64,000 bases of DNA from Deltaproteobacteria bacterium (lineage in GTDB: Bacteria > Myxococcota > Kuafuiibacteriia > Kuafuiibacteriales > Kuafuiibacteriaceae): NCBI GenBank assembly GCA_011526105.1, contig WYAZ01000034.1, forward strand, positions 1 to 64,000, given 5' to 3'. The translations under genes were made by a program, and so were the position numbers. This document shows, piece after piece, positions 21,701 through 29,584 of this stretch (within the stretch, counting starts at the first letter, position 1; every line of letters starts with the position of its first letter). A model generated the notes under the pieces. The model was not told the DNA's origin. It did not search any database and saw only the letters and a list, made by a program, of their open reading frames with translations.

Positions 21701-24085
21701 TCGGTCCACACCTTCGAGGATGCGCTCGGCGGCCTTGGCCAGGTTTTGCGCGCGGCGCTGACGCTCGTCGAGCAGCTGCTGCTTCTTGGCGCCAAAGGCC
21801 TCGTAGACCTCTTCGCGCTTCGCGGAGAGCTGGGCCAAGAAGTCGTCGAACTCGGAGAACCGGCTCTCGAGTTCCTCGAGCTGGACCAGGAGGCGAGAGA
21901 GCCCCTCTTCGCACTTCTCGGCGGTGTCGGACATCGACAAGCCGCTCGAGACCGCCTGACCAAAGAGCTTGAACTGCGCGCCGAACTCGGCGCGGCCCTC
22001 GGTGCCGAGCAGCTCTTTGCGATGCGCCTGGAGCGTGGCGCGGACGCGGTTGAGCTGTCCAAAGACCTCCGAGATGCCTTCGAGGATCTGCGTGCGCTGC
22101 GTGATGTCGTCGATCTGCAGGCCGCTCACCACCTCGGAGAGCAGATTGAGGCCTTCGGACAAGGCTTCGATCTCGGCCGCGACCGGCTGGATCTCATGAG
22201 CCTTGTGGATGCTCGCGATCTGCTTGTGAGTCTCCTCGATCCGCCCGACCAGAGGCGAGAGTGAATCCTCGGACAGCAGGAAGCGCACACAGGCGTCGCT
22301 GACCTCCTCGAAGCGCGCCTTCACGCTCTCTTCGAGGGCATCCACCGCCGCGAGATCGATGTACCGAAGCTCGCGCAGCGTGATGAGGTGCCCGCGTTGC
22401 CCGCGCAGCGCGGACAGCGCCTTCAGGTACTCCTCGACCCGCCCTAGAGCGTCCGGGCGCAGGTCCACGAACATCTTGTCCTGGACGTCCTTGGCTTCCG
22501 CCAGAGCTTCATCCGCGCGACGTTTGATCGCCTGCACCTTCTCGAACTCATCGACCACGCCTTCCGCGTTCTTCTTGATGTCGTCGAGCGTGGCCCTGAG
22601 GTTCTCGGTCTCGCCTTTGTCGAGCCAGAAGTAGGTGTCGATCACGCGGTTTACGTGCGCGATGAGGTCTTCGTAGAGCTGCCTGGTGGGGCGTGGGTTC
22701 TCGATCAGCTTCTTGATGCTGTACGCATCCGAGATGCCACGCACGAGCTCGGCGTTGCCGATGTTTGTGAGGAAGGAGTCTTCTTTGGGCGCCTTCGCCG
22801 CGAACTCCTCCGAGCAGAAGGGCGTCTGCCAGATCTGCATGGGGTGGACGCGCACCGGCTCCTCGCTGACGGAGCGAAACACTACGAGGCTCCCGTCCTC
22901 GAACAGCGTGTATCCGTGGCACTGGATCGGGTTCTGCACCTCCTTGCGGATCAGGTTGTAGGGCAGAAGCAAGATCCGGCCGCTCTCTCGGTGGAGAAAG
23001 ACATAGAGCACGTCCTCTCCGTTGGGGGAGCGCACGACGCGCAAGAACTCGAGATCGGTGATGGCCTCGTCGAAGACCTTGGTGTCCCCGGTCTGAAGGT
23101 AGTAGCCGCCGGGGAAGACGATGCCGTGGTTCTCGGGGAGCTGCAGGCACGCGAGGCCGAGGGCGTCGATGCGTTTGACCGTCTTGGTGCGTGTATTGAA
23201 GACGAGATACCGAAAGGCCTCTTCCTTGTACGGGAGCACCTTCAAGAGAATCAGTCCGCCGAGCTTGGCGTAGTGGATCTCGGCGTCATCGAGCGCCTGC
23301 CGCGGCTCTTGAACCGGCTCGGCGTAGATGCCTTTGCCATCATTGGTGTTGTCTTCGATCTTGATGGTGAGATCGCCGCCCACCGTCTCCACAAACACCT
23401 CGTTCAAGATGTTCACGTGCGGATGACGCCCATGCACATGGCTGTCTCGGTCCGTGGCGGTCCACTCGAAGTCGTGGGAGGGTGGAAAGGCGTTGTCCTC
23501 ATCCCCGCGGTTGTCGATGTACGTGACCTTCCCGCGTGGATCGAGCGCCCAGCGGAACACCTTGACGTCATGGATGTTCTGGCCGACCTGAAAGACCGCG
23601 AGCAGCTTGCCTTCGGACCGGATGCGAAGCTGCAGGAGCTTAGCGTCCTTGTAGTACTGGTAGAGCTCCTGGAACTCTTTGACGAAGGTGGGATCTTGGA
23701 GAAAACCGCCGCCCTCACTCAGGGCCAAGTTACCTAGGTCGAAGCCGCCGGCCTCGTTGCGCTCGAAGCGGTGGAGCGCAAACACGTCGCCGACCTTGGT
23801 GGTGGTCCGAAGCCCCAGGTGCACGTTGTACCCAAAGAGCAGTACCCCTCCCACGCTGACGATGTCCCGGGGGATGCAGTTGTTCTCGGTGCGCACGCGC
23901 TCGTTGCCGATGACGTTGAGCTCGGTGCCTCCGAACTTCTGCTTGCGCTTGTCGTTGAGTCGATCGGTGCGCGCCCCCAGGGCCTTCGCGGCCTCGAGCA
24001 GGCGAGCACGGATGACCTCGTAGCTCCCGGTCTCGAGGGCGGCCGCATCGGCCCCCGCTTGTGGTGTCTCGGCTCCGCTCGACAT
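18782..24085 (-). CDS. Giant (about 1767 aa) AAA+ ATPase. It has a beta-rich N-terminal domain, about 800 aa of helical/coiled-coil region, an AAA_5/MoxR-McrB-like P-loop core and a helical Pro-rich C-terminus. It is co-operonic with flotillin
   Basis: Walker A LLLISPPGYGKTTLMEY (residues about 1296-1312; nt about 20160-20205). Walker B VMLYLDDIQ. Sensor region VVMAGNPY. The track start at 24091 is GTG. The ATG at 24083-24085 is preceded by GGAG at an 8-nt spacing. The gene starts 37-43 nt downstream of the flotillin stop. Confidence 0.8.
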   Translation of the reverse strand: MSSGAETPQAGADAAALETGSYEVIRARLLEAAKALGARTDRLNDKRKQKFGGTELNVIGNERVRTENNCIPRDIVSVGGVLLFGYNVHLGLRTTTKVGDVFALHRFERNEAGGFDLGNLALSEGGGFLQDPTFVKEFQELYQYYKDAKLLQLRIRSEGKLLAVFQVGQNIHDVKVFRWALDPRGKVTYIDNRGDEDNAFPPSHDFEWTATDRDSHVHGRHPHVNILNEVFVETVGGDLTIKIEDNTNDGKGIYAEPVQEPRQALDDAEIHYAKLGGLILLKVLPYKEEAFRYLVFNTRTKTVKRIDALGLACLQLPENHGIVFPGGYYLQTGDTKVFDEAITDLEFLRVVRSPNGEDVLYVFLHRESGRILLLPYNLIRKEVQNPIQCHGYTLFEDGSLVVFRSVSEEPVRVHPMQIWQTPFCSEEFAAKAPKEDSFLTNIGNAELVRGISDAYSIKKLIENPRPTRQLYEDLIAHVNRVIDTYFWLDKGETENLRATLDDIKKNAEGVVDEFEKVQAIKRRADEALAEAKDVQDKMFVDLRPDALGRVEEYLKALSALRGQRGHLITLRELRYIDLAAVDALEESVKARFEEVSDACVRFLLSEDSLSPLVGRIEETHKQIASIHKAHEIQPVAAEIEALSEGLNLLSEVVSGLQIDDITQRTQILEGISEVFGQLNRVRATLQAHRKELLGTEGRAEFGAQFKLFGQAVSSGLSMSDTAEKCEEGLSRLLVQLEELESRFSEFDDFLAQLSAKREEVYEAFGAKKQQLLDERQRRAQNLAKAAERILEGVDRRTKSFKLEDELNAYFASDAMIMKLRQLVEDLRAVGDEVKADEFEAKLKSGRQNALRNLRDKVELFEGGDNVIKLGKHKFSVNTQNFELTIVPRDGGMALHLTGTDFYEPITDPAFLETKAYWDQQLVSEDPSVYRGEFLAASILFDAERSLNGLDLAQLHRAAVDEKDLLEIVRAYANTRYEEGYERGLHDADATLLLQKLVAMRETAGLLRYAPNARALACLFWANFNVEAERAKWHRRAQSLGRLRTAFSRSDAVDSFARELSVAISTFLTEHEIDAPEHDLQVAGRYLFEELANPHPRFTTSREAVELRDHLFDQMRLDGTRQAFEEDLRSIEAEVRERFELAEAWVHAFLSSKSPEEAARYTPVVREAAVLVMTTRLEREEVAALTQVTVDGLLGQHQRIQSQKLGLRLDEFLSRLGAFMTTRVPGFMAFREARHALLERERKRLRLDEFKPRVLTSFVRNRLLNEVYLPIIGDNLAKQVGAVGAAKRTDLMGLLLLISPPGYGKTTLMEYISSRLGMVFMKINGPSLGHNVTSIDPAEAPNATARQEVEKINLALEMGSNVMLYLDDIQHTHPELLQKFISLCDGQRRIEGVWKGNTRTYDLRGKKFAVVMAGNPYTESGDKFQIPDMLANRADTYNLGDILAGKEDVFALSYVENALTSNPVLAPLATRSQEDVYRFIRLAQGEDVPTTDFQHSYSKVESEEIIGVLQKLFQVQAVLLKVNKEYIRSASMDDNFRTEPPFKLQGSYRNMNKLAEKVVSAMNDDELLAMIGDHYVGEAQTLTTGAEQNLLKLSELRGRMTPDEVARWEEMRKSFRRVQLQGGKDEDPMTRAIGTLTGLSDQLDGIRGHIAQAVEVSARSQEKSGQAEALLLPQLQHLEATLKRLARPELEILVEQKTDPKLEAMLASHLASMESTLRPLVSSQSNNLETLRSLSRPLLELIEVLKLASIDGGKPPPLPSPRAKPPVR

Positions 24086-24128
24086 CGTCACTGCTCCGGA
24101 CCAGACCTAGAGGCCCAAGAGAACGTCT

Positions 24129-26177
24129 CTAGTTCTTCTTCGACTTCGCCTGTGGGAGATCGTCGATGCCCAACTCGCGCGCTTGATCGATCAGCGTCTG
24201 GATCTTCTGCCGGATGGGGTCATCCGCCCCGACCATGAGCTTTCCGAGCAAGGCGGAAAGCGACAGGCTCTGAAGCGTGCCGGCGTCGAGCGCGGGCCGA
24301 GACAAGACGTCCTTCAGGTCTTGCGGGAAGCTGCTCTTCCCGCTCGTGTAGTCCTTGAAGATGGTGTCGAGCGTGTTGCTGTGGTCGAGCGCCCCATCGA
24401 CCGACTGCCCGAGCGACACCGCCTTGATGAAGCGATCGAAGAACTGGCCGTCGCCACCCACGATGTTGATCTTGGCGTGGCTGAAGGCCTCCTTCATGAT
24501 CTCCGCCTGGTTCTTCGCGATCTCGGTTCGAGCCTCGATCGAGCGGAGCTCGACGTCCTTCTCCTTCTCGAGGTTGATGCGGAACTCCTCGTGCTCCCTG
24601 CCCACGCCGTCGAGCGCCTTCATCGCGTCTGCCTTCTGCGCAAGGCCCGTGGCCTCGGCCGCGAGCCGTTTCTCGATGGCGACGGCGTCCGCCAGGCCCT
24701 TCTCGCGCAGCACGCTGGCCTGAGCCAGACCCTGCTGCTCGGTGACCTTCGCCTCCGCCATGCCCGTCTTCTCGATGGCGACCGCGTCGGCTTCTCGGAC
24801 GCGGACCTTGGCCAGGCCCGAGGCGGCCTCTTCGGCCTGCACCCCTTCGGCCAGCCGGATCTTCGCCTTGGCGCGCTTGTCCGAGGCCTCGAGGTCGGCC
24901 TCGGCCAAGGTGAGGGTCTCTTTGGCCTTAAACTTGGCGACCTCGCTTTGGGCCTCGGCGCTCTTGATCGTCTTGACCAAGCTCTCCTGCGCTTCCGCCT
25001 CGGCGCCGATGATCATCGCCTCCTTGGTGCGCTTGGCCTCCGCGACCACCCGCAGGTCTTTGATGCGCTCTTCTTCCTCGGCCACGGTCTTGTCGACGGC
25101 GATGCGCGCCCGAATGACGTCGGCGATCTCCTTCTTCTCGACCTCGACTTCTTTCTCCTTGGCGATGGTGTTGAGCGCGACCTCTCGCTCGCGGGCGATG
25201 ACCTCGATTTGGCGGTCCTTCTCGACCCGCTCGGTCTCGACCGCGATCACGCGTTCGCGGTTCTTCTGGGCGACCTGCACCTGCCGCTGCCGGTTCTCTT
25301 CGTTGATCTCGACCTCTTCCTTGGCCTTGATCCGAGCGAGCTCGGCCTTCTTGAACTCCTCCGCCTGAACACGCTTGGTCTCAGCCTCTTCGCGCGCCTT
25401 CATGGTGTTGATCTCGCGCTGCTGCTTGGCGACGGCGTCGGCCTGCTGGCGGTCGAGAGCCAGAACCGCCTCTTCGGCCTCGACGTTCTGCTTCTTCATC
25501 GCCTTGCGCTCGGTCTGGCGCAGATCGTTGGTCATGACGTTCTGCACCGTGGTGAGCTCGGTAATCTTTCGGATACCCTGGGCGTCCAAGATGTTGTTCG
25601 GATCCATCGCCTCGAGCGGGGTCTGCTCGAGGAAGTCGATGGCCGCGTCCTCGAGCGCGTAGCCGTTGAGATCTCGACCGATGACTTCGATGATGGAGTC
25701 TTTGAAGCTGTCGCGTTCCTTGTAGAGGTCCTCGAACTCGAGTCGCTTACCAACGGTCTTCAGGGCTTCGGAGAACTTCGCCTGAAAGAGATCCTCGAGT
25801 GTGCCCTGCTGCGAGGCTCGGGCGCAGCCGATGGCCTGCGCCACCTTGAGCACGTCGTCGACGGTCTTGTTCACGCGAACGAAGAAGGTGACCTTGATGT
25901 CGGCGCGGATGTTGTCCGAGCAGATGAGGCCGTCTTTGCCGCGGCGATCGATCTCGATGGTCTTGACCGAGATGTCCATGACCTCGGCCCGATGCAAGAT
26001 CGGATAGACCAGGCCGCCGGTGAAGGTGACCTCGGGCTCGCCGCGAACCTTGTTGATGATGAGGGCGTTGCCCTGATCCACCTTCCGGTATCCGTGGAAG
26101 ACCAGGTAGCCGAACCCCAGCATGATGATCGCGACACCCGCGATCGTGAACCCCATGAGAATCCAGGTCTGAAACAT
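24129..26177 (-). CDS. Flotillin / SPFH (band-7) family protein, YqiK/FloT-like
   Basis: N-terminal TM, then the SPFH domain, then a very long Ala/Glu/Lys-rich coiled coil (EAEEA/KAKE repeats) and a C-terminal flotillin tail. A GAGAGG Shine-Dalgarno lies 6 nt upstream of the ATG at 26177. Confidence 0.9.
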   Translation of the reverse strand: MFQTWILMGFTIAGVAIIMLGFGYLVFHGYRKVDQGNALIINKVRGEPEVTFTGGLVYPILHRAEVMDISVKTIEIDRRGKDGLICSDNIRADIKVTFFVRVNKTVDDVLKVAQAIGCARASQQGTLEDLFQAKFSEALKTVGKRLEFEDLYKERDSFKDSIIEVIGRDLNGYALEDAAIDFLEQTPLEAMDPNNILDAQGIRKITELTTVQNVMTNDLRQTERKAMKKQNVEAEEAVLALDRQQADAVAKQQREINTMKAREEAETKRVQAEEFKKAELARIKAKEEVEINEENRQRQVQVAQKNRERVIAVETERVEKDRQIEVIAREREVALNTIAKEKEVEVEKKEIADVIRARIAVDKTVAEEEERIKDLRVVAEAKRTKEAMIIGAEAEAQESLVKTIKSAEAQSEVAKFKAKETLTLAEADLEASDKRAKAKIRLAEGVQAEEAASGLAKVRVREADAVAIEKTGMAEAKVTEQQGLAQASVLREKGLADAVAIEKRLAAEATGLAQKADAMKALDGVGREHEEFRINLEKEKDVELRSIEARTEIAKNQAEIMKEAFSHAKINIVGGDGQFFDRFIKAVSLGQSVDGALDHSNTLDTIFKDYTSGKSSFPQDLKDVLSRPALDAGTLQSLSLSALLGKLMVGADDPIRQKIQTLIDQARELGIDDLPQAKSKKN

Positions 26178-26290
26178 CGTTTGCCTCTCTAAATCGGGTC
26201 CTACCGAGCCGCAAGGCCCGGCCAGAAACCGCCGCAGAGCCGCCCTTTCGAGGCGAGCTCAGTTCGTATAGGACCGGCCTGAGCCGGGTC

Positions 26291-27016
26291 TCACTGCGAT
26301 TCGCGCTGCGCAGCCCGAGCCGCGCTCGAGCTCGCTTTGCTGGCCTCCGGTTGCTCGGGCTGAACCGGCTCGACGAGGAAGACCTGCTTCTCCGGATCGT
26401 AGTTCACGATCAGAGCTTCGGTGCCCTTCCTGAGATCGTTGGTCTGTGAGCAGCGGATCTGGATGAGGAGCCCTGCCCCACCGTCGATCACCGTGGCTTG
26501 CCCGAAGCTCTCCGTCACCTTGCCGGTGGTGACCTCGCAGACCTCGCCCACGAAGTGCTTCAATCGTCCGCCCTGATGCGTGCGAAAGAGCGGACCGAGC
26601 GGCCAGACCAAGATCGAAGTGATGGGCACCGCAGCGACCAGCGACACCACGAACACGAGCGCCCCGATGATCGCGTTCGGCAAGAACGGAAGATGCGGTG
26701 CGACGTGCACCATGCCTAGAAAAGAAAGTACCCATGATGACAAGACGGTGAGACTCAGGACCACGGTGACGGGCGCGTTTCGGAGTTTCAGCGCGTGGAC
26801 CAAGCCGGCGAGTCCAAGACCCGCCTCCGCCGCCCCTTCTGCCGCCGCTTCTGCCGCCCCCTCCGCGAGACCTTCAGCCGCACCTTCCGCAGCGTCGAGG
26901 ATCTCGACGTCGAGGACACCCAGGATCACGAAGCCCCAGTAGAGCATCACGAGCCCGAGCAGCGTGGTGAAGATGACCGTGGGGAAGGCGACGATCTGCG
27001 CTAGAAACTCACTCAT
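26291..27016 (-). CDS. NfeD-like / YqiJ-family inner-membrane protein (partner of flotillin)
   Basis: TM helices, an acidic (AEGAA)n linker, and a C-terminal OB-fold-like beta-domain (GEVCEVTTGKVTESFGQATVIDGGAGLLIQIRC...ALIVNYDPEKQVFLVEP). Position upstream of flotillin as in yqiJ-yqiK. Confidence 0.65.
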   Translation of the reverse strand: MSEFLAQIVAFPTVIFTTLLGLVMLYWGFVILGVLDVEILDAAEGAAEGLAEGAAEAAAEGAAEAGLGLAGLVHALKLRNAPVTVVLSLTVLSSWVLSFLGMVHVAPHLPFLPNAIIGALVFVVSLVAAVPITSILVWPLGPLFRTHQGGRLKHFVGEVCEVTTGKVTESFGQATVIDGGAGLLIQIRCSQTNDLRKGTEALIVNYDPEKQVFLVEPVQPEQPEASKASSSAARAAQRESQ

Positions 27017-27149
27017 CGTCCAGATGCCCCCGCTCTCTCTCCGTCAACCTCCGGCGGCCTTCGTAGACACGAGTCCGCGCCGGTCCAGCGACGATGGCAC
27101 GAATCCCGACGGGTGGGGAGGCTTGCCCGAAAGCGAGCGCCCCCCCACG

Positions 27150-27632
27150 ATGCGTCGGGTGAGCTCCGCCGCCGACCTTACCTACCTCAGACGCGCCGTC
27201 GAGCTCGCGCTCGAGGCCGAGCGCGCCGGTAACATGCCCATCGGCTCGGTGTTGGTGCTCGAGGGTCACATCGTCGCCGAGGGGGCCAACGAGATCCTGG
27301 TGCCGCAGTACCACCCAGGAAAACACGCGGAGATGGTCACACTCTCGAAGCTACCGGCCGCGCTGTGGCCGCGCGCGAGTGAACTCTCTTGTTACTCCAC
27401 GCTCGAGCCTTGCCTGATGTGTATGGGCTCGCTCCTCCTGCATGGCGTCGGGCGCGTGGTGTACGGCGCGAAGGACGACGAGGGCGGCGCGGAGTACATC
27501 ACGAAGCACTTGCCGCCCTACTACCAGGACGAGCATCGGAGTTTTCGGGTCGAGGGCCCACTCCTCGAAGCCGAGTGCAGACCGCTCTACAAACGCGCGA
27601 GGGCTCGGTTTCGGTCGCTGCCTTGTGGGTGA
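27150..27632 (+). CDS. Nucleoside/nucleotide deaminase, CMP/dCMP (cytidine-deaminase-like, TadA/guanine-deaminase) family
   Basis: The ORF 26964.. is trimmed to the ATG at 27150 (MRRVSSAADLTYLRRAVELA...). Zinc motifs HAEM and PCLMC are present. Confidence 0.75.
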   Translation: MRRVSSAADLTYLRRAVELALEAERAGNMPIGSVLVLEGHIVAEGANEILVPQYHPGKHAEMVTLSKLPAALWPRASELSCYSTLEPCLMCMGSLLLHGVGRVVYGAKDDEGGAEYITKHLPPYYQDEHRSFRVEGPLLEAECRPLYKRARARFRSLPCG

Positions 27633-27914
27633 GTGAGAAGAAAGACTGTTCCGAACGACGAAGTCAGCGGGGGAGCCGTTGAACCGCGGCACCAGGTCAT
27701 TTGTGGCCGCCCCACTGCCTTCGTCGTCCGGAACAGAACCGCGAAAATCCTATTCGCAGCTCGAGCTAGTTCAAGGGTCGTGCCACTCGGGATCGGCCCC
27801 TTCGAGCCGTTGGTGCGGGGTCGCTGTTGGGTGGAACCAACAAAGCAGCACCGTGTGTCGGCTCGATCATGCAACAGCGCTGGGATCTTTGGCGGGCTCG
27901 GCTATGATGCGCCG

Positions 27915-28601
27915 GTGGAGTTGATCTTGGTTCGACACGCGCAGCCGGTCTGGGTCGAGGAAGGCAAGAGCGTGCTCAACCCACGGCTCTCCGAGCTCGG
28001 CCTCGAGCAATCGCGGCGACTCGCCGAGGAGGTCCGAAGCTGGAGCCGGCCCACGGAGCTTTGGGTGTCGCCCACGCGGCGAAGCCAAGAGACCGCCGCG
28101 CCCCTCGCCGAGGTGCTCGAGCTCGCGCCCGTGATTCACGATTGGCTCGAAGAAGTCAGGCTCCCGCCCGAGTGGGACGGCCGAGATGCGGTCGAGGTCG
28201 GCGAAGCGATTCGCGGCGGACGGCAGCGGCCCGAAGAAGAATGGTGGGACGGACCGCCCGGCGGGGAGAGCTTTCGCGCGTTCTGGGCACGTGTCACCGA
28301 GGGTCTGTGCGGCGAGCTCGAGACTCGCGGGCTCGCCGTCGAAGCCGATGACCCGCAGCATCTGTTTCACGGTGAGCGATCAGAGCATCGTGTGCTGATG
28401 GTCGCGCACGCGGGCACCAACGCGGTGCTGCTCTCTCGCCTCCTCGGTCTGCCGCCGGTACCTTGGGCGTGGGAGCGATTTGGCGCCATGCACACCTCGG
28501 TCACACGGCTGCGCGCCCAAAGTTTGCTCGGCGCGAGCATCTTCGCGCTCCGAGTCTTCTCGGACGTGGGCCATCTGCCCAAAGAGATGCGCAGTCGCTG
28601 A
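27915..28601 (+). CDS. Histidine phosphatase (phosphoglycerate-mutase-like) family protein
   Basis: In-frame GTG at 27915 gives M-ELILVRHAQP, an RHG-type motif at the very N-terminus as is typical for this family. Later ...SPTRRSQETA. The upstream part of ORF 27633.. has no family-like features. Confidence 0.6.
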   Translation: MELILVRHAQPVWVEEGKSVLNPRLSELGLEQSRRLAEEVRSWSRPTELWVSPTRRSQETAAPLAEVLELAPVIHDWLEEVRLPPEWDGRDAVEVGEAIRGGRQRPEEEWWDGPPGGESFRAFWARVTEGLCGELETRGLAVEADDPQHLFHGERSEHRVLMVAHAGTNAVLLSRLLGLPPVPWAWERFGAMHTSVTRLRAQSLLGASIFALRVFSDVGHLPKEMRSR

Positions 28602-28602
28602 G

Positions 28603-28628
28603 ACGTCGCGAGAGGCCGAACGACGTCC
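28603..28628. terminator. Hairpin GACGTCG-N12-CGACGTC between convergent genes; possible bidirectional terminator
   Basis: Read directly: gacgtcgcgagaggccgaacgacgtc. It fills the 28-nt gap between the stops at 28601 (+) and 28630 (-). Confidence 0.3.
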
Positions 28629-28629
28629 T

Positions 28630-29502
28630 CTATTCCGCCGTGACGTCGAGTTTGCTCGAGGGGCCTCCGCGAGGGTTGTGCTCCGTCGCCTTCAGGTCGT
28701 CGAGGAGGTCTTGGACGGCGGCGCGGACGCGGGCGTCCAGACCCTCAACGGTGTCGTCGGCCGCGGGGCAGATCGCGGGCCCAATGCGATAGCGCAGCTT
28801 GGCTGGGATGGGGATGTGCGGCAGCGGACCGACCGCGAGGCCCCAAGGGAGCGACAGATGCACGGGCCAGACCCGAGCACGCGCGATCTTGGGGAGCCCA
28901 ACCGCGCTCGCGAGCCGCGCGCCGCGCGCGATCACGTAGAGCGTCTCGTGTGCGCCAGCGTGGGCGATCGGCACGATCGGTACACCCGCTTCGAGGGCGA
29001 GTCGCGCATAGCCCTTTCGTCCGCCGAAACAGACCTTGTAGCGATCGCGATAGGGTCGCCAGGTGTCGAAGTCGCCTCCCGGCATGATCAACAGGTCGCG
29101 ACGATGATCGCGGAGCGTGGAGAGCGCGACCTCGGGGTCCGCGATGAGCGCGCCGCGTCGGCTGAAATACTCGCCGGTTCGCCGGGTCGCCAAGATGATC
29201 TCGTGCACGAGGATGTGGACCGCGCGCCGTGTACCAAAATGGCGATACCAAGAGATGAGCAGCCCCCAAGCGTCTGGGACCGTCGTACCGCCGGAGTGAT
29301 TCGAGATCAGTAGAACGGGTGCGGACGGAACGTTTTCCCAACCCTGGACGTCGAGGCCGAAGTAGCATCCATCACCGAAGAGCCTATCCACTCGGTGGAG
29401 CGTCTGCTCAGTCAGAGCGGCGTCGAAGGCTTCGGGCGAGCTTCCCCAGGGAAGCTGCTCGCGACCTTGGAACAGATGGACCAGACGGCTCTTGACCTGC
29501 AT
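28630..29502 (-). CDS. Lysophospholipid (1-acyl-sn-glycerol-3-phosphate-like) acyltransferase family protein
   Basis: The ORF is trimmed to the ATG at 29500-29502 (MQVKSRLVHLF...). PlsC-type motif NHSGGTTVPD (NHx4D) and downstream PGG (IMPGGDFD). Confidence 0.7.
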   Translation of the reverse strand: MQVKSRLVHLFQGREQLPWGSSPEAFDAALTEQTLHRVDRLFGDGCYFGLDVQGWENVPSAPVLLISNHSGGTTVPDAWGLLISWYRHFGTRRAVHILVHEIILATRRTGEYFSRRGALIADPEVALSTLRDHRRDLLIMPGGDFDTWRPYRDRYKVCFGGRKGYARLALEAGVPIVPIAHAGAHETLYVIARGARLASAVGLPKIARARVWPVHLSLPWGLAVGPLPHIPIPAKLRYRIGPAICPAADDTVEGLDARVRAAVQDLLDDLKATEHNPRGGPSSKLDVTAE

Positions 29503-29584
29503 GGGCGCTCCGGCGCTCGAACACCCTAGCAGATCTCTGCGAGCCGAGCGGAGTCGCTGGAACGCCTGTGAGGCGAACGAACGC

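Noticed and set aside
24183-26192. 669-aa plus-strand ORF antisense to flotillin
   Set aside because: Leu/Arg/Asp-rich mirror of the Ala/Glu/Lys coiled coil. Flotillin on the minus strand is unambiguous
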